Of a DNA stretch of 41,117 nucleotides, positions 9,422-17,058 are shown in pieces. The notes under the pieces were generated by a model, which was given only the letters and a program-made list of their open reading frames with translations, was not told where the DNA came from and did no database searches. A program made the translations under genes and the position numbers. Within the stretch, counting starts at the first letter, position 1. Every line of letters starts with the position of its first letter. The DNA is taken from positions 1 to 41,117 of the forward strand of contig JAGHCS010000123.1 of NCBI GenBank assembly GCA_021160355.1. The letters run 5' to 3'. This DNA is from Candidatus Cloacimonadota bacterium. Lineage in GTDB: Bacteria; Cloacimonadota; Cloacimonadia; JGIOTU-2.

Positions 9422-9444
9422 GATATAGAACATATTTTGCCTGA

Positions 9445-9543
9445 TACTATACTAATCCTGAGGTATTAAAGAAATTGAATCCGACCTTGTTTTTTGAGAA
9501 GGTTGAGGAGATTGGGGAAGAATTGATTAAATCCGAAAAATAA
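9445..9543 (+). pseudogene. Remnant of the 3' end of a HAD hydrolase gene (second, diverged copy of 8987-9088)
   Basis: In frame it reads YYTNPEVLKKLNPTLFFEKVEEIGEELIKSEK-stop, against GYTNPEPLRKLNPTMFFENVEEIGEELIKNQKS-stop in the intact gene. Preceded by an in-frame TGA at 9442. 68 of 84 aligned nt are identical by hand count. Confidence 0.8.
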
Positions 9544-9563
9544 TTTTTCTTTTCTGGAAATAT

Positions 9564-9597
9564 AAAAAAGCCCTAACATTCCGTCGGGGCTTTCGTT
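9564..9597. terminator. Hairpin homologous to the kbl/HAD bidirectional terminator (orphan copy)
   Basis: AAAGCCC (9567-9573) - 13-nt loop - GGGCTTT (9587-9593), flanked by A-run and T-rich tracts. Aligns with 12838-12873. Confidence 0.55.
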
Positions 9598-9617
9598 ATT
9601 GTATAAGGGGGTTATTA

Positions 9618-9671
9618 TTAATTTTCTTTGTATTTCTTCAGAACACCAAGCACATAATCGATATCAGCTTT
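9618..9671 (-). pseudogene. Remnant of the 3' end of a kbl (glycine C-acetyltransferase) gene
   Basis: Minus strand reads KADIDYVLGVLKKYKEN-stop, against EADIDYVLGVLKKYKETH-stop of the intact kbl (12891-12947). Homology stops abruptly upstream of 9671. Confidence 0.75.
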
Positions 9672-9708
9672 TCTTACATAGAATTTTATCTATTTATAAA
9701 GAAAAAAC

Positions 9709-9737
9709 TTGCGTATTTTTTATTATGGTGTTAAATT
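9709..9737 (+). promoter_or_regulatory. Candidate sigma70-type promoter for the cassette
   Basis: TTGCGT (9709-9714) - 17 nt - TAAATT (9732-9737), with TG two nt upstream of the -10. Weak match and unverified. Confidence 0.3.
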
Positions 9738-9758
9738 GTGTAAAATTATGTTATAGCG

Positions 9759-10448
9759 TTGAATATAGTTGAAAATAATAGAAAAGGAGTCACTCTTTTG
9801 AAAAATGAGATTATGACCCTCGAAGAAGTTGCTGAATATCTTCGCGTTTCTACGAGAACGGTTTATGATTGGGCAAAGAGGGGCGATATACCCTGTGGGA
9901 AGATGGGAACATCTTGGCGCTTTAAGCGGAATGAGATCGAAAATTGGACAACCCGGAAGCTCACTCCTCGTATTAAACAAACCGAGGTTTTACCGGTCGA
10001 TATAAAATCCATCTTAGTGCCTGAAAGGTGCATTGTTTTAAATACGGACAAGAAACAAGTAATCCTGAATAAGCTTATAGACCTATGCTCCACATTGCCG
10101 GGAATCGAATCCCGTAGCATGCTCGCTGAAGCGATCTTCAATCGTGAAAAATTAATGAGTACCGGGATTGGATTAGGTATTGCAGTACCCCACATCCGAT
10201 TCTCAGATGTGAAAGAAATTTGTGCCGCTTTTGCACTCAGTAACACACTGATCACGGATTATGAATCATTGGACGGAAAACCTGTGCAAATCGTTATCAT
10301 GATTATCGCGGGAAGAAATCAACATACCGAGTACATACAGTACTTATCAAAGATAGTATCGATATTACAAGATGAAAATACGAAAATGAAGTTACTCTCG
10401 TGCAAGACCGGTGCCGAGATATATTCAATATTGGTTGAAGACCAATGA
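9759..10448 (+). CDS. Fusion protein: excisionase/MerR-like HTH DNA-binding domain + PTS EIIA type-2 (EIIA-Ntr/PtsN-like) domain
   Basis: The ORF track start at 9759 is TTG. More likely starts are TTG 9798 (8 nt after GGAG at 9786-9789) or ATG 9813. HTH: MTLEEVAEYLRVSTRTVYDWAKRGDIPCGKMGTSWRFKRNEIENW. EIIA-2 domain with His context GLGIAVPHIR. Confidence 0.8.
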   Translation: MNIVENNRKGVTLLKNEIMTLEEVAEYLRVSTRTVYDWAKRGDIPCGKMGTSWRFKRNEIENWTTRKLTPRIKQTEVLPVDIKSILVPERCIVLNTDKKQVILNKLIDLCSTLPGIESRSMLAEAIFNREKLMSTGIGLGIAVPHIRFSDVKEICAAFALSNTLITDYESLDGKPVQIVIMIIAGRNQHTEYIQYLSKIVSILQDENTKMKLLSCKTGAEIYSILVEDQ

Positions 10449-12121
10449 ACGAAACCCTTTTTAATAGCCCCGGCGTATTAGTACTTCTTGGGGTTGGAGT
10501 TTTCGGTGGAATATTGACCGCGGTTATTTTTAAACGTATAAAAATACCTCAGGTGCTTGGATACATGGCGGCTGGATTAATCCTTGGAAGTAGTGGATTC
10601 CATATTATTAAATCTGCCGACATCGTAAAGCTAGCGCCGGTGAACCTTTTCTGCCTGGCAGTCATAGGATTTCTCGTTGGTGGAGAAATTAAATTCGAAA
10701 CCATGAAGAAATACGGCAAACAGTTCACGGCCATTCTTCTGGGAGAAGGATTGCTCTCGTTTATTTTAGTCACCTCTGCCATTAGCGGAATTGTATATCT
10801 GATAAGCGGTAGTATTGCTATTTCTTTTGCCGCCGGTGTTGTATTTGGGGCGATTGCATCCGCAACAGATCCTGCCTCGACAATCGCTGTTCTATGGGAA
10901 TACCGCAGCGGAGGAATCCTCACAACGACCCTCACGGCAATTGTTGCTCTTGATGACGCGCTCGCGATGACGCTGTACGGATTGGGGAGTGGTTTTGCCG
11001 AGCTTTTCGGTCAGGGGCATGCAAACATCGGCATTCAAATTCTTCATGTTGGCATCGAATTATTCGGTTCCCTTGCCCTTGGTATCGTTGTTGGACTTAT
11101 CATTGCTTCAATCCTGAAACGCTCCTCATCACTTGATGCCACGACAGCTTCTGCGATCGGGTTGCTGATGGTAGCAACTGGGATTGCAGATTTCTACTCG
11201 CTGGATGTCATACTTGTATCAATGGCTGCAGGAATAACCGTTGCGAATCGCTATTCCAACCGGTATGAAAGTCTTTCTGGTCGTTTTAAAGCATTTTCAA
11301 CGACAATCTATGTTCTATTTTTTGTGTTCGTTGGAGCGCGGCTCAAACTTCAGGCAATGCCAATATGGCTATGGGCAATTATTGGAGCATACGTGGTTAC
11401 GCGTAGTTTCGGTAAAATATTTGGAACCTGGATTGGATGTCGTATTTCGGGTGCAAGTAACGTTGTTTCGCGCTATGGAGGTATGGGGCTTCTTGCTCAG
11501 GGAGGTGTTGCGGTTGGACTCTCAATTATGGCTGCTCAAAAGCTGGAAGGCATAGAAATCACCGCAGGGCTACCCCTTGGGGATGTCATCATATTCGCCA
11601 TAACGACCACTACTTTTATTGTACAGATCATAGGACCAACAATGGTGAAGATGGCGGCTAAAAAAGCAGGAGAGCTGAATCGTAATATTCTTGCAGAAGA
11701 TATTGCCGCGTCTATGCGCATCTCCGATGTTCCACTCCTGACTCAATTCAAAGCTAATATCTCTATGCCCGTGCGGGAGGTGTTGGCACAATTCTCCCAA
11801 AGCCGTGCGGACATTATTCCTGTAGTGGACAATCACAATATTGTTGTCGGTATAATCGGACTAGATGAACTTCGAGACCTGATGTTCAAAGATGTGACAT
11901 GGAACTGGCTTATAGCCGAAGACATTACATCAAATCCCAAAGCCCTTATACAACCCAGCCAATCCCTTAAAGATGTTTTATCAACCATGGATCAGCTTGA
12001 TGTTCCAAACCTTCTGGTGGTTGACAAGGGTAAGAGGTTGAAGGGAATCGCCTCCAGGCCTGTTATCAGAGACACAATTCGAAACGAATTAGTAAAAAAA
12101 CAAATGCGGCAAATTCCTTAG
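10445..12121 (+). CDS. Cation:proton antiporter (Na_H_Exchanger/CPA family) with C-terminal CBS-domain pair
   Basis: 558 aa with ATGA overlap to the upstream gene. About 12 hydrophobic helices. SATDPAS and ALDDALAM motifs typical of CPA transporters. The last ~150 aa form two CBS-like repeats (…ADIIPVVDNHNIVVGIIGLDELRD…, …VPNLLVVDKGKRLKGIASR…). Confidence 0.8.
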   Translation: MNETLFNSPGVLVLLGVGVFGGILTAVIFKRIKIPQVLGYMAAGLILGSSGFHIIKSADIVKLAPVNLFCLAVIGFLVGGEIKFETMKKYGKQFTAILLGEGLLSFILVTSAISGIVYLISGSIAISFAAGVVFGAIASATDPASTIAVLWEYRSGGILTTTLTAIVALDDALAMTLYGLGSGFAELFGQGHANIGIQILHVGIELFGSLALGIVVGLIIASILKRSSSLDATTASAIGLLMVATGIADFYSLDVILVSMAAGITVANRYSNRYESLSGRFKAFSTTIYVLFFVFVGARLKLQAMPIWLWAIIGAYVVTRSFGKIFGTWIGCRISGASNVVSRYGGMGLLAQGGVAVGLSIMAAQKLEGIEITAGLPLGDVIIFAITTTTFIVQIIGPTMVKMAAKKAGELNRNILAEDIAASMRISDVPLLTQFKANISMPVREVLAQFSQSRADIIPVVDNHNIVVGIIGLDELRDLMFKDVTWNWLIAEDITSNPKALIQPSQSLKDVLSTMDQLDVPNLLVVDKGKRLKGIASRPVIRDTIRNELVKKQMRQIP

Positions 12122-12149
12122 TTGCTGCGTATTAAAAAAGGAGTATTGT

Positions 12150-12629
12150 ATGCCAGGAGAAGCTATTGGAAAACTTACCGTGAGCGATATACGGAAGAGT
12201 GTCGTTGAAAATCCTGCTGTTGTTACGATAGGTACTTCAATAAAAGATGCTTTAATAGAATTAGTTGAGGATCACCGAACACGACATATCTACATAACAG
12301 ATAAAAATGGTAAAATGATCGGTTCTGTTCGAGTTAACAATGTCATTGAATACCTTTTCCCCTATGAAACGCTTTGGCAAAGCAGTTCAGAATATGCAGA
12401 TTTGGGGATTTTCTCAAAAAAGAATCTGGAGGACATAATTAATAGGAACTTCGTGTATGTCCGCGATTCAACAAAGGTTTCAGATATGATAAGCATAATG
12501 TTAAGTGAAAAAATTAATGAACTGCCTGTGCTCGATTCGGAGATGAGAATAATTGGTGAAGTAAATATCCTTGAGGTAATTATCGCATATCTTAAGGATG
12601 ACGGCAATAAACTTTTGACGAACAATTAG
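12150..12629 (+). CDS. Stand-alone CBS-domain pair protein
   Basis: 159 aa with AAGGAG RBS. Two CBS-like repeats (…HRTRHIYITDKNGKMIGSVRVNNVIE…, …INELPVLDSEMRIIGEVNILEVI…). Confidence 0.75.
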   Translation: MPGEAIGKLTVSDIRKSVVENPAVVTIGTSIKDALIELVEDHRTRHIYITDKNGKMIGSVRVNNVIEYLFPYETLWQSSSEYADLGIFSKKNLEDIINRNFVYVRDSTKVSDMISIMLSEKINELPVLDSEMRIIGEVNILEVIIAYLKDDGNKLLTNN

Positions 12630-12837
12630 AGAAAATTTCGATTGCATCAAAATCATTACCAAAATGAAAAAACTATAAAATTATTGATTATTCATAGAAC
12701 GTGATCGAAAAATGTCCTTTGCTGCAATGGTTCTCGTTTTGTGCACTGCTAACGTACGGAACATTAAGAAAAGCATAAAAGACAGCAAATTTGAATATCC
12801 TCGAGTTTAATTCGGGGATTTTATGATTAGCCCTTCA

Positions 12838-12873
12838 CAAAAAAGCCCCAACATGAAATCAGGGCTTTTCGTT
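12838..12873. terminator. Bidirectional rho-independent terminator (kbl operon / cassette)
   Basis: AAAAGCCC (12841-12848) - 13-nt loop - GGGCTTTT (12862-12869), with A-run on one side and T-run on the other. Confidence 0.65.
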
Positions 12874-12890
12874 TATCTTATTAAGTGGTA

Positions 12891-14120
12891 TTAGTGTGTT
12901 TCTTTATACTTTTTCAGGACGCCGAGCACATAATCAATATCAGCTTCGGTATGGTCTGCGTTGACCTGGAATCGGATCTCTTCATCACCCTTTGGCACCA
13001 CCGGGAAGTTCAAACCAGTGCCAAGCACGCCGTTCTCGGTTAGATACTTTACGAGTTCTGCTGTTTTGGGGGTGTCGCGCACCATAAGAGGAACCACCGG
13101 GTGAGGTCCTTCAATCGTTTCGTAGCCAAGATCGATCAAACCTTTCTCGAACTTCGCGGTCATTTCTGCAAGATGCTCAAGTCTCTTCAGCCCTTGCGGA
13201 GAATCGATAATATCGAGCACTTTCAGCACTGCGGCAGCTTCTGAGTTGGTGATCGGGTTTGAGTAAATATACATCGGTGCTTTTTCTCTGAGGTAGGTAG
13301 TGATCGTTTCTGAGGACGTTACATATCCGCCGTTCACGCCAAATGCTTTACCCAGTGTGCCGATCAGGACATCGACCTTCGTGTTTAGATATTCTTCCGT
13401 GCCGCGCCCGGTCTTACCGAGTGCGCCCACGCCGTGTGAATCATCAACGACCGAGAATACACCCTCTTCGAATTTATCATTATATTTCTCACACAGTTCT
13501 ACGATTTTATCGAGTGGTGCATGGTCACCGCGCATACTGAAGATGCCGTCTGTGATGACCATACAGCGTTTGCCTTTGCCCACTGCTTCCTGCATGCGTG
13601 CTTCGAGCTCATCCATATTATTGTGTTTATAGATCATCTTTTCTGCGGGTCGGGAAAGGCGGATCGCTTGGATAATGCAGTTGTGATTCAATTCGTCGCT
13701 GATAACCACAGTTTCTTTAGTCATAAGGGGATAGATCACACCCAAACTTGTTACATAAGCAGAGCTGAAAATCATTGCAGATTCGCGTCCATGGAAGTCC
13801 GCAAGTTTCTTTTCCAGTTCGATATGCGGGGTGTAGGTTCCGCTGATGAAACGAACCGCGCCAGGTCCGACACCAAATTTTTCCGCGGCTTTTTCTTCAG
13901 CTTTTATGACTTCGGGATTTAATGACATACCGAGATAGGAGTTCGAATTCATTTTGATGAATTTTTTCTCTCCATATCCATGTATGCATACGCGGGGTCC
14001 AAATTCGCCTTCGGGCTTGATCACGTCTGTTATCACCATTTCAGCGCCCTTGTCTCTTCCGCTCTCTCTCAAGTCTTTCAGTTCCTTTTCAAGCGCAGTT
14101 TTAATCTTGTTTACTGGCAT
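12891..14120 (-). CDS. kbl: Glycine C-acetyltransferase (2-amino-3-ketobutyrate CoA ligase)
   Basis: PLP-dependent alpha-oxoamine synthase family. Motifs: DELNHNCIIQ, VDDSHGVG, TLGKAFG (PLP Lys). The ORF-track start 14132 is a TTG inside the RBS. ATG 14120 sits 5 nt after GGAGG, giving MPVNKIK... Confidence 0.9.
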   Translation of the reverse strand: MPVNKIKTALEKELKDLRESGRDKGAEMVITDVIKPEGEFGPRVCIHGYGEKKFIKMNSNSYLGMSLNPEVIKAEEKAAEKFGVGPGAVRFISGTYTPHIELEKKLADFHGRESAMIFSSAYVTSLGVIYPLMTKETVVISDELNHNCIIQAIRLSRPAEKMIYKHNNMDELEARMQEAVGKGKRCMVITDGIFSMRGDHAPLDKIVELCEKYNDKFEEGVFSVVDDSHGVGALGKTGRGTEEYLNTKVDVLIGTLGKAFGVNGGYVTSSETITTYLREKAPMYIYSNPITNSEAAAVLKVLDIIDSPQGLKRLEHLAEMTAKFEKGLIDLGYETIEGPHPVVPLMVRDTPKTAELVKYLTENGVLGTGLNFPVVPKGDEEIRFQVNADHTEADIDYVLGVLKKYKETH

Positions 14121-14146
14121 GTATTCCTCCAAATATTTTTATATAT

Positions 14147-15097
14147 TTATTTTATTTTTTTTGATAATACGTCGAGCATGTCTTTCGTCATTGCTTCGAG
14201 ATCATACTCCGGTTTCCAGCCCCATTCTTCACGAGCAGCAGAATCATCCATGGAGTTGGGCCATGAATTGGCAATTGCCTGTCGAACTGGATCAACGTCA
14301 TATTCTAGTTCAAATTCAGGAATGATCTTCTTTATCGATGCTGCGATCATTTCCGGATCAAAGCTCATTGCAGTCACATTAAAGGCATTTCTGTGTTTCA
14401 GTTTTGCGGGATCGGCTTCCATAAGATCGATTGCTGCTTTGATCGCATCGGGCATATACATCATATCCAGGAATGTTCCTTTGCCGAGATTACATGTATA
14501 TTTTTTATTTTTGATCGCTTCATAATATATCTCGACCGCATAATCTGTCGTGCCACCGCCTGGGAGTGTTTCATTTGAGATGATTCCGGGATAGCGTACA
14601 CCTCGTGTGTCCACGCCAAATCGCTTGAAATAATAATCACAAAGCAGTTCTCCGGCAACTTTGGTAACGCCGTACATGGTGCTCGGTCTTTGAATTGTAT
14701 CCTGGGGTGTATTGTCGAGTGGTGTTGACTCTCCGAATGCGCCGATAGAGCTGGGAGTGAAAACAGCACAGCCATGTTCTCGAGCGACTTCCAGCACATT
14801 GTACAATGCATTTATGTTGACGTTCCATGCAAGATTCGGCTTTGCTTCCGCTACTGCAGAAAGGATTGCTGCAAGGTGATAAATTGTGTCGATATTGTAC
14901 TTCTTTACAACGTCTTTTACCTGCTCGAAATTGGTGCAGTCAACCATTTCGCAAGGACCGGAATTTTTAAGGATGTCTCCCGGTTTTGTTCTGTGGAATC
15001 CCGCAACCACATTGTCATTACCAAATCTTTTCCGTAATTCCATTGTGAGTTCAGAGCCAATTTGTCCTACTGCTCCAGTGACAAGAATATTTTTCAT
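14147..15097 (-). CDS. tdh: L-threonine 3-dehydrogenase, SDR/UDP-galactose-4-epimerase-like type
   Basis: 316 aa. MKNILVTGAVGQIGSEL Rossmann fold and YGVTK catalytic YxxxK. Lies immediately upstream of kbl, the classic tdh-kbl pair. Confidence 0.85.
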   Translation of the reverse strand: MKNILVTGAVGQIGSELTMELRKRFGNDNVVAGFHRTKPGDILKNSGPCEMVDCTNFEQVKDVVKKYNIDTIYHLAAILSAVAEAKPNLAWNVNINALYNVLEVAREHGCAVFTPSSIGAFGESTPLDNTPQDTIQRPSTMYGVTKVAGELLCDYYFKRFGVDTRGVRYPGIISNETLPGGGTTDYAVEIYYEAIKNKKYTCNLGKGTFLDMMYMPDAIKAAIDLMEADPAKLKHRNAFNVTAMSFDPEMIAASIKKIIPEFELEYDVDPVRQAIANSWPNSMDDSAAREEWGWKPEYDLEAMTKDMLDVLSKKIK

Positions 15098-15505
15098 TTA
15101 TCCTCCGATTTCAATTTCTAATTTTTCTAATATTACTACTGCAATTGCAGATTCTTTCGTGTGTGAAAGTGATACATGTATCTTATTGATTCCTGCATCG
15201 TCACAGATCTGTTTTGCCGTGTTCTGCATGTGGAGTTCCGGTTTGCCGAGTCCGTTATTGACAACCTCGACATCCTTCCATTTCAAGCCGCCCCGTAAAC
15301 CGGAACCAAGCGCTTTTAAAAATGCCTCTTTTGCGGCAAATCTGGCTGCAAAACATTGTGCCTGTATTGCCAGATTCTCGGCTCTGGTGCAATAGATTCT
15401 CTCACTCTCAGTGAAGAGCATGTTCATGAATTTTTCACCGTAGGAAGCTAACTCTTTTTTGATCCGTTCAACTTCAACAAGGTCTGTGCCAATGCCATAT
15501 ATCAT
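15098..15505 (-). CDS. acpS: Holo-[acyl-carrier-protein] synthase
   Basis: The ORF track extends to 15616. ATG 15505 gives the canonical MIYGIGTDLVEVERI start and forms an ATGA overlap with the murE stop. The stop abuts the tdh start (15098/15097). Confidence 0.85.
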   Translation of the reverse strand: MIYGIGTDLVEVERIKKELASYGEKFMNMLFTESERIYCTRAENLAIQAQCFAARFAAKEAFLKALGSGLRGGLKWKDVEVVNNGLGKPELHMQNTAKQICDDAGINKIHVSLSHTKESAIAVVILEKLEIEIGG

Positions 15506-17058
15506 AGTCTGCTTTTTTTTTCTGCATGATTCTCTGTCAACATTAATTCTCTCATTTTCAGGGCATTTTGCACAACCAGATATTCGCTCCACGGAAGTTC
15601 TTGCGCACCGTAACACATTGTCGTTTCGTGTGCCTTCCCGCAGGTGATGACCGTGTCTCCATCCTGTGCAGAAAGTATCGCTTTTTCTATTGCTTTTTCA
15701 CGATCGGGTATCTTAAAAAAATCTATTCCCTCTTTTCTTCCTTCCTGAATACAGCCCGCAGCAATTTCGTTTATGATGTCATCAACGGATTCGGTACGGG
15801 GATCTTCGGCAGTGATGTATATTTTATCTGCGAGTTTACCTGCGACGATACCCATTTCTTTCCGCTTTTGTACATCACGAAGCCCTGCGCTTCCGAAAAC
15901 AACATGTATTAAACCTTTTGTGAATGAGCGAACTGAATCGAGCGCATTCTCTAGTGCATTAGTGGTATGTGCAAAATCTATAATCATATTGAAATTTCCT
16001 GTCTTATGGGCAATGCGTTCCATCCTGCCCTTTATGTGCTGTAATGACGCAATTGACAAGATGATTTTCTCTTTCGATATGTTCTGCGAGTATGCAACGG
16101 CAACTGCTGCGAGGATATTATAGACATTGTATATTCCAAGAAGATGGCTTTCTACGTTGAATTTATCCTTCCGGGTATGTATTGTAAATTTCAATAGCCC
16201 ATTTTCTTGAGAAATCTCATCAGCCAAAAAATCTGCTTTAGTATTTAGACCAAAAGAAAAATGCTGATCGGCATCATATTTGCTAAAAGTGCCGTAGCTT
16301 GGATCATCATAATTGAGTACACTTATCTTAGGAATGTCATTCTTCTTGTATGACAATGAAAGAAGCTCGAAAAGATGTGCTTTTGCACTGATGTATTCAT
16401 CTCTGGATTTATGGAAATCGAGATGCTCGGAAGTAATGTTCGTGAGTACGGCAATATCATATTCACATGCTTCCACCCTGTACTGTGCGAGCCCGTGAGA
16501 GGAAGTCTCTATGATTGCATATTCCGATCCGGAGGCAACCATTTCTGCTAGATATTTCTGGAGTGAAAGTGCATCGGGGGTCGTGGTATGGAATCCTGTT
16601 TGAAAAGCCTTGTCTCCAATAATTGCATTTATCGAGGTGATCAATCCTGTTTTGTATCCTGCATCGTTCAGAATCTGATGAATGATCGTTGAGGTTGTTG
16701 TTTTTCCGTCAGTGCCAGTGACACCAATAACCTTTAGTTTTCTTGCTGGAAATCCATAAAATGCAGCAGCGATGAGGGCTAACGCTTTTCTCGTGTTTTG
16801 TATCTTTATAAAGGGAATATCTTTACCTTTTGAAACGTACGCTTCGTCCTCAAGGAGGATTGCAGAAGCTCCTTTTTCGAGTGCTTTATTTACATACTTG
16901 TGACCGTTCACATCGACTCCTTTTATTGCGACGAACAGATCACCCTTTTCAAGATTTCTTGTATTAAAAGAGATGCCTGATATGTCAATTTCGCGGACAG
17001 CCTTGTAACCGAGAACGGTATAGTCTTGCAGACTTTTGAGGAGTTTTTGCAGTATCAT
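15502..17058 (-). CDS. murE: UDP-N-acetylmuramoyl-L-alanyl-D-glutamate--diamino acid ligase
   Basis: 518 aa. Mur ligase P-loop GVTGTDGKTT. Motifs TNITSEHLDFH, DFAHT and AEDPR (15796-15807). Confidence 0.9.
   Translation of the reverse strand: MILQKLLKSLQDYTVLGYKAVREIDISGISFNTRNLEKGDLFVAIKGVDVNGHKYVNKALEKGASAILLEDEAYVSKGKDIPFIKIQNTRKALALIAAAFYGFPARKLKVIGVTGTDGKTTTSTIIHQILNDAGYKTGLITSINAIIGDKAFQTGFHTTTPDALSLQKYLAEMVASGSEYAIIETSSHGLAQYRVEACEYDIAVLTNITSEHLDFHKSRDEYISAKAHLFELLSLSYKKNDIPKISVLNYDDPSYGTFSKYDADQHFSFGLNTKADFLADEISQENGLLKFTIHTRKDKFNVESHLLGIYNVYNILAAVAVAYSQNISKEKIILSIASLQHIKGRMERIAHKTGNFNMIIDFAHTTNALENALDSVRSFTKGLIHVVFGSAGLRDVQKRKEMGIVAGKLADKIYITAEDPRTESVDDIINEIAAGCIQEGRKEGIDFFKIPDREKAIEKAILSAQDGDTVITCGKAHETTMCYGAQELPWSEYLVVQNALKMRELMLTENHAEKKSRL

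Larger units (their letters stand above)
9672..12837. other. Inserted accessory segment (three-gene cassette) bounded by direct copies of the terminator + kbl 3' end
   Basis: Left boundary is the kbl remnant/terminator copy (9564-9671). Right boundary is the functional terminator and kbl end (12838-12947). No recombinase gene inside. Confidence 0.5.
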
